The notes beneath the pieces are model-generated. The model had not been told where the DNA came from. It searched no databases and saw nothing but the letters and a program-made list of their open reading frames with translations. From assembly GCF_004010195.1 (NCBI RefSeq), contig NC_057751.1:7716137-7780136 (forward strand): a stretch of DNA of 64,000 nucleotides, read 5' to 3'. Origin of the DNA: Chiloscyllium plagiosum (taxonomy: Eukaryota). A program made the position numbers and the translations under genes. Shown here one piece after another: positions 52,576-64,000 of this stretch (its first letter is position 1; the number at the start of each line of letters is the position of its first letter).

Positions 52576-53582
52576 CCCCATCCTATAACTTAAAGCATCT
52601 ATCGTTACCCCTCTGTCCATTGTGGTTGAGACTTCCTGGAAAAACTCACAACTTAGTCAGATGTGATGTCCCTTTCATGAATCCTTGCTGATTCTGCTCA
52701 TTTAGATGATGATTATCTAGGACTGTCCTGTACAAGCAAGAGGAGATATGATCCTGGTCAGATCAGGATCCTGCAAACGGCAATCATCTTGGATGAATCA
52801 TTTGTGGCATAGTTGTCTCAACCATTATCACAGAAGTAATTGATGCCAAAACATTGAATGTACTCAGGAGGCGGCAAGATATAGCACTTGGGGTGAATGG
52901 GATCAAAGGTTACGGGGAGAAAACAGGATGAGGCTATTGAGTTGGAAGATCAGCCATGATCATGATTAATGGTGGAGCAGGCTCAAAGGGCCGAATGGCC
53001 TCCTCCTTCTCCTATGTGTTTCTGAACACAACACTGGAAAACGTTCGATTGTATGGCTGCAGTTTGAGGTCTTCAAAATCGCTCAGTGATGAACAATTCA
53101 ACCCATGCTCTTGTAATTTCTGTGCCGGTCTTGCGTGCCAAACTGAACCGAAGACCTCAAGCCTCTCAGACTCAGGGTCTCAGATCACGAACTTGTCCAT
53201 GAGGGTTTCAGGAGCGGAAGGTGTTGGCGATAGGCAGACGAGGAGGGAGTAGGGAGGGAGGAGGAGGGCACCGAGAAGGCGTTGGGTCAAACTTCCAGCA
53301 CTGTGTTTTACAGGGTTTGATACCCATTGATGCTAAGCAATCTTCCCAAACTGCCATCACTGGAAAAAGAAACACCAGTCTAACAACGCCTGACAAGGAA
53401 CAGTGATCCAGCTAATCCATTTTGCCAAGGTGTCGGCTGAGACTTAAACTTTGCAGAGGACTTCAAGAGCAGCATGGAGAGCTCCTCTTGCAGTTGTGTC
53501 ACTGGATCACTGTAGGCTGTTTGAGTACACTCCATCAGTTTGTCATCCAAGGCGCTGGATAATGCAGCACTCCTTCAGAACT

Positions 53583-53907
53583 TTTTTTGTTTTTTAGATT
53601 ACTTACAGTGTAGAAACAGGCCCTTCAGTCCAACAAGTCCACACTGACCTGCTGAAGCGCAACCCACCCAGAGCCATTCCCCTACATTTACCCCTTCACC
53701 TAACACTGCGGGCAATTTAGCATGGCCAATTCACCTGACCTGCACATTTTTGGACTGTGGGAGGAAACCGGAGCACCCGGAGGAAACCCACGCAGACACG
53801 GGGAGAATGTGCAAACTCCACACAGTCAGTCGCCTCAGGTGGGAATTGAATCCAGGTCTCTGGCGCAGTGAGGCAGCAGTGCTAACCACTGTGCCACCGT
53901 GCTGCCC
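53583..53907 (-). mobile_element. HE1-like SINE, relatively young
   Basis: Close match to the 18161 copy, with A-rich tail. Confidence 0.92.
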
Positions 53908-55409
53908 ATATATCCAGTTCTCTCGTGCAGGGGTCTCAATCTGCGAGAACGGGTCTCAGGGGTTACAGCGTTTTCAATGAAGCGACACTTAGAGCTAAAA
54001 GCAACTCACAGCATTAAGGAGACAGGACTTGCAGTTACATTTTCACACTACAGATGGCTCATTATGCCGAAAATACCATCCCTCTCGTGGTTACTCGATT
54101 TTAATTGTGCAAACTGAACGAATAACTCAAGAAAAGCTGGCTCACAAATCATGCCAGTCAGGAGTGACAAGACGCGGAGACGGAGGGGGGGGGGGAAGAA
54201 TCGAATCAGAGCAGACAAAGTCGAGAGAGGTCAGGTCATCGAAGGAGGAGACAAGAGCCTGCATATTCCTTGTGAACTCCGAAAACATTCTGCAGCAGCA
54301 CTTGCCCAGCCCGCACCCTCAAACACAGACAAGGACAAAAAGGAGCACCAGTTGGATCAACTCTTGGCCATACAACGTCTTTACTTGGAAATATTTTGGC
54401 CATTCCATCAACATGACTGGGTCAAATCCCCGGCACCCTCTTTCAGCCACAACACTGGAGAAGGAGCATTTATGCCTCATGTGCAGAGGCATCCTCTCAA
54501 GGCATTGTCCCATCACTACTCTCTCAAGCAATGGGCAAGCAGTGACAGCCTTCCCAATGACATTATCGTTTATGAATGATTCAAACAGGAACTGTGCCCT
54601 GTCTGTGAATGATCCTAAGAAAAGAGGCATTTATATCCCATCTTATCATATTCACTTCACAGCCACTGCGTTGACTTTTGGGAGTCAGTGAGGAGCAAGC
54701 ACTTGACATTTGACGTAGCAAGACTCCACCCAACAGGGAATGTGATCAAGGAACAGGCAAACAATGTCCAAGTGAAGGAGCATCAATCCAGTGAGATAGC
54801 CAACTGAAAGTTTCATCCTTCAGGCAAAGTAGTCTGTGCTACTTGATCAGCACCACAAGATCAACAGGGGTCAGCTCAGAGACAAATGACTGAGGAGTAA
54901 CACTAGACGACACAGAGTCATTTATAAGATGCACTGCAGCAACTCCTGGAGTCTCCTTCAACAGCACCTTCCAAACACGTCATGTCCAACACCTTGAAAG
55001 AGAAAGGAGGTACATGGGAGCACCACCGCCCCTATCTATGAGAGTTTCCCTTGAAGGCACACACACACGCACACACACACACACTCAAACCCTCCTCCAT
55101 TTGGAACGATACCACCTCTTCCTTCATAAAATCCTAGTATGCCCTTCTGACCAGCACCGGGGAGTGCACTTGCATGACCTGGACCACAGCAGTTCAACAA
55201 GATCGCTCAATGGCAGTTAGGGTTGGACAATAAATTCTGGCTTGACCACATTCCCTGCCCAAACTGTAATAAGTTACACAATCTCAGAACGCAAGGCTGA
55301 GGAGAAGAAACTATCAAGTGAGCTGACGTCTCACATTGAAGATGGAAAACAGTAAAGAGAGACAGCAGAATATTGCTTCTTCTCTGCATGGGAAAATGAA
55401 TAGAAAAGT

Positions 55410-56010
55410 CGGGAGTTTATACAGGGTACGGCTGAGACTAGCTCTGCATTTTTGGCATATAGTATTGGTTTCCTCATTGAAAGAAGGAAGTAAGCAGTAG
55501 AAGTTCAGGGAATGTCAATGAGACTCATTCATGGAGTGGTTGCTTGTCTTATGAGAATCGACTGGACAAGATAGGCTTTTCTCCACTGCATGACATCAAC
55601 AGGACAGAGGTGACCCGACTGAAATGCACGGGATCCTGAGGGGTCTTGACAGGGGAGATGTAGAGAGGATGTCTCCACTGCTGGGACAATTTAGAATGAG
55701 GGGTCACTGTTTCAGAAACAATGGGTCATCCATTTCAAACCCCGAGATGGGGAGAAGTATCATTCTGACAGAGGGTTGCAAGTCTCGGAAACTCTTTTCG
55801 CCAAATCGTGGGAGAAGTAGTGCTGTTCAGTACTTGTTTTTAAGGCAGACGTAAGAGAGATTCTTGAAATTCTAGGGGGTGAAAGGTTACTAGGGATCAA
55901 AGGTTATTGGGGTTAGGCAGCAATGTGGAGTTAGCAGATCAGCTGTGCTCTGACTGAGTGGCCAAGCTGATTCGAGGGGTCAATTTGCCTCTTCTTGACC
56001 ATAATTCATA
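55410..56010 (+). mobile_element. Old CR1 3' fragment
   Basis: ILRGLDRGDVERM..RMRGH. Confidence 0.75.
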
Positions 56011-57307
56011 TGTCTGTCAGCACAAACATCTGGTTGATATTTGGGATATTACAACACATGTAAGACATGCAGCAAGCATTTGCTGCTCTCTCGTTGCATT
56101 CTCCTGAAAGACGCTGCAACTTACATGCCCCTCTCTTCCAGTGCCTTCAGTTCTGATTTAACCTTGCTCCACGAAGCTGCTCCAATACCCATTATTTCAC
56201 ATAAACACACCCCTTGGCAAAAGGTAAATTCCAACAGAGGTCCTTACAGGCAGGACAGATTTCAGAGAGAAAAGTCAGCCAGGAATCATCTGCTGAAGCT
56301 TGGTACTTTTTCTCTCTGCAGCAGCTTCTCACTGTCACAATTAAAGGAAACGAGATAAAACCCAAGCTCAGGGAACTGGCCACTCCCCTGACATTATGAA
56401 AGTAGACATTTTGGCACCTCTGCCTTTACAAACTCTCTTCAAAAAAACAACCAAAGACAAAACAACCTTATTAAAGTCACAACATTGTACCACACTGAGG
56501 GAATATCAGGGTGGTGTTGGTGCTGTGAATTGTTCATATCGAGGGACTTTGAGTGTGCCATCACTCAATCATTTCTCCTGTAACAGTAGACCATATCATA
56601 CAGGAGTAGAGGTAGACTGTTCAACCCATCGAGCCTGCTCTACCACTCAATCATGGCTGATACGTTTCTCAACCCCATAACTATGCTGACTCATCTTAAC
56701 CCTTGGTCCCCTTCATCAGCAATAACCTTGCTCTGTTTTGAAGACACTCAATAACTTGGCATCCACAGACTTCTGCAGCAGTGGGTTCCACAGATTAACC
56801 AACCTCTGGCTGAAAAAATATCCTCATTTCAGTCCTGAAGGGACATCACTTCATACTAAGGCTTGCTAACTCCGCCCAATCTGGGGATGGAACAGACGGG
56901 GTCAAGACCATAATTTGATTTCGCCCATCATTGGTTTAAGGGACTCTGTTGTTTGGGTCACCCACTTCTAATCAGGTCACCACAACAGGTTGAACAATTA
57001 AAACTTGAGCACAACACATTTTTGATAACCACTGCTCAAAACGTGCACCTCGCTGCTCGAGAAATGTCAACTTCTGCAATGCAGCCTTATGTCAGTTGAC
57101 GGCACCAGGGGTGAGGAGCTGGACCTGGTGATTGGTTTCAGGAGGTGGGAACACAACTTTGCACGAAGCATTTCTGAACTGGGGTTGTCTGTGATTTGGA
57201 GCCTCGTCATTCAGGTTATATCCTGAGTGATACAAATGATTGGGACCGGCCTATGTGCACATACACCTCTCAGGAACAGGTCCTTGTGCAAAGCACCGAC
57301 ATCGGGT

Positions 57308-57645
57308 GACATGGTGGCTCAGTTGGGCAGCACAGTGGCTCAGTTGTTAGCACTGCTGCCTCACAGCGCCAGGGACCCGGGTTCGATTCCAGCGTTGGGC
57401 GACTGTCCGTGTGGAGTTTACACATTCTCCCCGTGTCTGCGTGGGTTTCCTCCCACAGTCCAAAGATGTGCAGGTTAGGTGAATTGGGCATGCCAAATTG
57501 CTCAGGGATGTGTAGGTTAGGCATATTAGTCAGGGGTAAATGTTGGCTAATAAGGTAGGGGAACGGGTCTGGTGGAGTCACTCTTTGGAGGTTTAGTGTT
57601 GACTTGTTGGGGCAAAAATGGCTTGTTTCCACACTGTAGGGTTTG
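57308..57645 (+). mobile_element. HE1-like SINE with duplicated A-box head
   Basis: gtggctcagttg occurs twice, followed by B box and V-domain. Confidence 0.88.
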
Positions 57646-58494
57646 TACGATTGTGTTGTGATTGCATTGGAATTGCGACATTGGCCTAAGGGGGAAAGTC
57701 AGGGATAGTTTTGACGTCTGACATCTGGTCAGAGTGGGGGTTGAAGTAAGGTGAAGTAGTTTCCATCAGGGTTAAACTGCGATATCTTCTGGAGACCAAT
57801 AGACTTCACCTTCACTCAAAAGTATCGCACCTGCCGTTCACTGAACATGTCTAATAAGGGCCAGCGCTTTTAGGAAGAAACGTGTATGTGGAAAATAAGC
57901 ATTCACTTTGAACACCAAACATATTGTGACTGTCGTAATATGGTAAATGTTCTGCCCTGTCCCAGATTTGGCACTTGCTTGATTTTAAGAGGAAGCAGTG
58001 AAAAGGAATATGATAACATCAGGGTTTGCAATAAACAACTGAAAGCCAAATGACCCTTTCATTTTGCATCATCACTGACCCTTTTCCCTCAGGACTCTCG
58101 TTGATGCTTTTGGCTCTGCTGCTTAAACTGGATTTGCATTCATTTCAAATGTAGTCTTTTATGGCTTGTTTCAGCTGCTCAACAATTTAAGGTTCTGACT
58201 CCTGGGCCTGCTCATTGAGAGGCTGTGATTATGCCAAAAAAAAAACTTGTTTCTTATACTTGACTGGTCAGTGCATTAGAGCAAGGTTCTGCATCATATA
58301 TATTCCAGTCAATAACAAAGACATTACATCCAACCCAATGATTTTAATTTACGTCCTCTGAAAAAGAACACATGATCATGTTATGTCTTTGAATTCGGGT
58401 AGCATCATGGGTGATATCCCTGCCTTCCACAGAGACGAGAATAAGCCATTCTGCCCCCTCAAACCTGTTCCACCATTCCATGAGATCATTCCAC

Positions 58495-59150
58495 TTTTGG
58501 GAATCCTGATGGGGACAGCATTGAGGGAGCTTCACTCTGTACTTCACCCACACTGTACCTGTCCTGGGAACGTTTGGTAGGCAGAGTTTCGAGGGAGCTT
58601 CACTCTGTATCTAACCCCATGCTGCACCTGTCCTGGGAATGCTTGGTAGGGAGATTGTGAAGGGAGCTTCACTCTGTATCAAACCCCTCACTGTACCTGT
58701 CCTGGGAATGTTTGGGAGGGAGATTGTGGAAGGAGTTTCACTCTCTAACTAACACCATGCAGTAAATGCTCTGGGTTGGTTTAATGGGAGCAGGGTAGTG
58801 GAGCTTTGCTCTGTATCTGACTGCATGCTGTCCCTGTCCTGGGAGTCTTTGATGGGGACAGCGTGGAGGGAGCTTTACTCAGTATTTAACACTGTGCTGC
58901 ATCTGTCCTGGGAGTGTTTGATGGGGAGAGTGCAGACAAAGCTTATCACTGTATCAACCCTGTTCCGTCTCTGTCCTGGGAGTCTTTATGGAGGAGAGTG
59001 TAGAACAAGCTTTGTTCTGTGTCCAACTCCCTGAAGATCCCTCCAGGGACTACCTGATGGGGAAGTAGTGTAGAGGGAACTTCACCCTGTGTGAAACCAC
59101 ATGTTATAACTGTCCTTGGAATATTTGATGGGGACAGTGTGGAGGGTGCT
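58495..59150 (-). repeat. ~68-69-bp tandem array, ~9-10 units, same family as 43430 but inverted
   Basis: gggagcttcactctgta recurs at 58525, 58593, 58662 and, degenerate, at 58731. Confidence 0.88.
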
Positions 59151-61597
59151 TAATCATTTATCTTGGTTGTATAGTGCCTCCCTGGGAAGGTTCAAGAAAG
59201 TAGTTATCTACAAGAAAAAGTGTATTCTGTTCCTTCAGACTGCTAAGTAAAAAACTGTAGAGCTAAAATATTTCTGAGTCATTATCATTAAGAATTAAAA
59301 TTAAAAAGCAGTTGGCTTAAGTATTGTCGCAAACAATTCTGGTCCGACTGTGCGTGAATTTAAATGTAATATTGGTCGATGAATTTTAATTAATCTGAGA
59401 GTCAGGAGCTCAAAGCTGTTTAATATGTAGAAATCTGACAACTTAGGGAGTTCACAAACATTATTAGCACCCTAATTAAAACAGAATTTAGTTGTCAGCT
59501 CACATCTGTTGTTGCTAGAGTGTAGCCCTGATCAGAAATGGCATTTGGAAAACTGTAAGAGAAGGCACAGGAATAGGGAGCAGAAGTGTTCTGTTACTCT
59601 GCTGTTTGGGGATTGAGTCTGCTGAGCATTGAAGGGTGACACACTGAGAGCGGGGCTAGACTATAAAAGACATTGGTGGACAGGCAGAGGAAGACACATG
59701 TCAATATGTTCCCGCCTCTGCCACATTCTACTCCAGTTCAATGGAATCTTGCCCAAGGAGCAGTCCATTCATTAGCAAAATATGGCCAATTCCAGTGAAC
59801 CTGCACTCTTGGAAACAGGGATAACACAGGGATGCAGAACGTATTACGCATGGACACATCAAGTGCCATAGGCCCCTGGTGCCCTGGGTTCAAGCAGCAA
59901 CTAAGATCAGGATGCCCGTGACACCTGATGACACTGTCACCAACGCTCTTCTCAACATCCAGTGAGGAAACTCTGGACAGCAATGGCAAAGCACAAACTT
60001 TAATCGCCTCCAGGGAAAACCCTCCTTCAAGTGAATTTGGTGAAGGGTGGAACAGCATGTTTTTTTCAACGGGGGAGTGGCTTGCCAGACCGCTCCAAGA
60101 GATAGGTCAGCGTCCAGCACAATCCACGGGTCTGGAGTCACTCCAGACAGGGCAAGGGTGGAAGATTTCTTTCCCTCAAGGAAATATGCGAACCAGATTG
60201 GTTTTAAAAGAGAGAACAGTCATTTCATGGTCACCAATACAGATGCTTCCCTTTTTATATATAAATTACTGATGCACTTAATTAATGAACTGATTTTTCA
60301 ATTCCCTCGCTGCTGTTCTGGGATTTGAAGTTATGTCTAGGTTCATTAAACAAGGCCTTAGAATTAATAAGGCAGTGCAAACCAGTATGCTCAAACACTC
60401 CCTTCCTTTTTAACTGCAACAAAATCAGTCATAAAGGTTCAAAAGTCCAAAGGAAATAATCTCATCAATTGTCTTGTCCCACATCAAAGTGATAAAAAAA
60501 TTGAATACGTCCAATGCACTTGCTCAGAAAATATCTGTGCCGGGATATGTAATATGCAAATGTAATTTGTTCTGAGTGTAACGTTTGCCTGCAAAGCACA
60601 GTCACAAATGACAGTGCACTTAGAAACAAAACACATATAATGTAAGCAGGATATGATGTGCCAAGTTCAACGTTCCATTATGTGTTATACAATAAGTTAG
60701 AAAGACACAGCTATTAGGAAGTGACAAGGATCACAGATGAAAAGAAGATATCTCAAAAAAAAAATCACAATTTATATGTAAGTAGGACCAATTAATTCAT
60801 CTTCTAAATTTATAAAAGGGTTGTCAGTTATACAGCAACCAAGCTGCCTGCTGAGTGTGCCTGAGAAACACTCCAGGAAGGGAAAAAAAAGAGAAAAATT
60901 AACAGTGTAGGGCTTGGCTTCCTTAAACCGTGTTAAGAATATCAGCCCAGAATGAAAGAATTTGGTGACACCTTATTAGAGGGGTAAAATACTTCCTGAG
61001 GCCCACAGAGAGAGTCTAAGAGTGGATTCTAAACCAACCCTGAAAGGAGTGGTGAAAACTGTCCCCCACTGGAATTGTCTCAATACAAGTTACAATGCAT
61101 GCCCTACCCAACAATACATATGTACAATACATATGATGCTGCAGGCAGGAATTCTGACTCTCTCTCTCTCTCTCTAATGAATAACTGTTAAGATGGAGTA
61201 CACAAGGGCACCAGCAGAATCCACAAACCAATCAGATTGTAATGTTATGAAGTGGGTCACTTGAGGAGGGACAGGTGGGGTGGGTCAACCTGGAACATTA
61301 TCTTTGCCTCCTTAACCCATGCTGCACCTGCGCTGGGAGTTTCTGATGGAGATGTTGTTGTGGGAGCTTCACTCCATATTTATCTCATGCCTTGGGAGTG
61401 GTTGATGTCACAGTTTTTATCCATGATGCAATTGACTTGTACGAACAGCAATTACATTCCTTGCACTGATTGATGTAAATCCTTCTCAAAATATAGAAAC
61501 TTCAAGTATAAAAGACATTGGTGGACAGGCAGAAGAAGATACATGTCAATACGTTCCCGCCTCTGCAACATTTTACTCCAGTTTTCCATGGTATCAT

Positions 61598-61925
61598 ACA
61601 ATCCTTACAGTGTGGAAGCTGGCCTTTCAGTCCATCAGCCCTGCAAAGAGCATCCCACTCAGACTCAACCCCCAACCTCATCCCTATAAGCATGTATTGC
61701 CAATGGCTAATCCACCTAACCTACACATCTCTGAACTCTATGGGTAATTTTGCATGACCAATGCACCTAAACTGTACAGCTTTGGAAGGATTCACCAGGA
61801 ATGAATCCCATGCAGACAGGGGGAGAATGTGTAAACTCCACATGGACAGTTGCCTGAGGCTCGAATCAAACCTGGGTCCCTGCCATTGTAAGGCAGTAGC
61901 ACTAACCACTGGGCCACCCTGCCGG
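61598..61925 (-). mobile_element. HE1-like SINE
   Basis: Head and V-domain on the minus strand. Confidence 0.82.
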
Positions 61926-64000
61926 TATCTGCATGAGAATGTTAAGTCACACAGGGGAAGGGTGTTGTTGACTTCTCTACTTTGAGTCCTTCCTTGAGAA
62001 CATGTGACATCCTCGCTGACCATAGAACGAAGATAGAAACTGCATAAAACAGGAAGGGTAGGCCATTCAGCCCATTGAGCCTGCACCATCATTCAATATC
62101 ATCATGGATGATCATCCAACTCAACATCCCACTTCATCCCCCTAAGGTGCTGCATTTTGTTGCAGCCTCCTTTATCCAGAGATTCAGGGTCCACTAGGCC
62201 TGTTCGAAGGGTTACTCGGAGACATGGTCAGACACAACAAGAGTGTACCATTCCTGAGGAATATCAGAGGGCAGAATAAGGTTTCTGGATTCAAACCAAA
62301 AGCTCATGTCAGGTTGAGTTGGGTGAGTGTCAAGTGAGGAAGGCAATTGATATACGGAAGGAATTAGGGACTGTACAGTGTGACACCTGGGAGATTCGTA
62401 CTGCACAGATGGCCACCTGTGCTATGAAGTCTCATGCCACTGAAAGAGGTAGACACTGTTCAGGGGAACAGTCAGGAGATGGCATTGACTGAGCAGAAAG
62501 GCTGACTGGGGTTTAGTGTTAAATCAACGCACATTGAAAGTCTGAGCCCAATCTGGCACGTCACCCCAAGCACCCACCTTCCTGCCTCCCCCAAAAGAAG
62601 CAATACAATGATAATTTCAATCAGTAGTGGACTCAGAGTTAAATGTGAAACTACAGGACAAGAAGATCCCGCAACATGTCAGTATGCTGTCTTTCAAGAC
62701 AAGCAATAAACTATGTGGCTGATGGTCCCTCCCTCGATGCTAATTCAGATGAAACATGAGGGTTGAAATTTTTTGCTGTTTGGAGTACTTTCGACAGTGC
62801 TTTCTGATTGAAAGGCTAACAAATGACCAGAACACCATCTCAAATAGCAAGGAGTACAAATGAGTTGGAGAAGTACTTAGCATTGCTAAGTTAGGAAACG
62901 GGAGAAGGATAAACACAATTAAAAGTTTAGAGACATATCTTTCACAAATTATGTCAGGAAACCTTTGTCTCTGGACAGAATGAGACAAGTTGGAAAACAT
63001 TCCAGGGTAGATGAATTCTTAAACCTCAGATTGACAGATTTCTGCAAACCATCGTTGTTGTTGGAGTTGGGGGATATATCGGCCTTGATCTCATGAATTG
63101 TGTATTAGGATTGAGGGGAGAGGGCTCGATAATCCACTCCTGGTGCCCTCCTGGAGAATGATACGTTGAGCAGGTGACATTAATTCGAGTGAGAAGGCCA
63201 AGTCTGGTGATGCATTCTCTCCCCCATTTCTAAGTAATCCCTTATCCACCGCAATCATTTCACATTCAGCTCCACGATCAACAAACCATCTTGGGCCGAT
63301 GCTGCTACAAGTCCTACGATGTGGCAGAGAACCGTAACCTTGGAAACAAGGTATCTCGGCCACTGACACAGATTAATGGATGATTTTGAAGACTCCGCTG
63401 TCTGTCTGTGTTCATTTTGCAGTTGGCTTTGTGCCAAGCCCTGGAACAGCCTGTCCTGTTACTATTTTAATTGGTCTCTTGCATAGTTCTGTAAAAAAAA
63501 ACCTATTTATTCACTGCTCACCAAGATGAGGCATTTCAGGCTCATTTCCTCCCGTCCTCCTCTGCTATTTATTCAACAACGACCAATTTCTATTTCTGGT
63601 CACTTTACTAAGACGGGCAGCACAATTAAACTGCCACATGTCCCCGGCCTTTTGCTTAAAAAATTCACTCTGTTCCGGGATGTGACTGTTCATGTTTGTT
63701 GACCTTGAAGTGAGTGGCCATTTCAGACTGCGGTCAACCAATATGAGGCACATCACAAGGCTCCCTTCTCTCGAGGGCCTCCGCTGTGCACGCAGATGGG
63801 TAGCGCCCAAGGCATCGGTGAGTTTTCAGTCCCAGGTGTTATGACGGTGAGTTCATGTTCCACCAGCTGCGGTGGTGGGACTTGAACCAGAGCAGGAGAG
63901 CCTGGTCCTCCAGGTGACATTCTACAATGACGTGACCACGATGCTCCGGTTGCTTCCCCTGCCCCAACTCAGCCACCGAGCTCACTCACAGAAACACCTT

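Noticed and set aside
54029..54691. 220-aa ORF
   Set aside because: Runs through a G-tract and decayed repeat sequence; no domain motifs

Overview
This is repeat-dominated eukaryotic DNA, most likely from an elasmobranch (shark or ray), judged by many HE1-type V-SINEs and their CR1-clade (HER1-like) partner LINEs. I find no confidently identifiable host protein-coding gene, so the window reads as intergenic or a large intron. It contains many decayed CR1 LINE fragments, about 11 HE1-like SINEs and a second tRNA-SINE family. There are three solo LTRs with 4-bp TSDs, a Rex1/Babar 3' end, a tRNA-Lys(UUU) pseudogene and two ~68-69 bp tandem arrays. Penelope-like elements (PLEs) include a near-intact RT with one nonsense codon and GIY-YIG fragments. 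The most interesting signal is a set of very short PLE-tail-derived inserts from several families. They carry minimal hammerhead ribozyme motifs or remnants, often fold as head-to-head palindromes, and several are bounded by their own 7-13 bp target-site duplications, which suggests independently inserted ribozyme-bearing mini-elements. There are two assembly gaps. All calls are by eye and boundaries are approximate unless a TSD is quoted.
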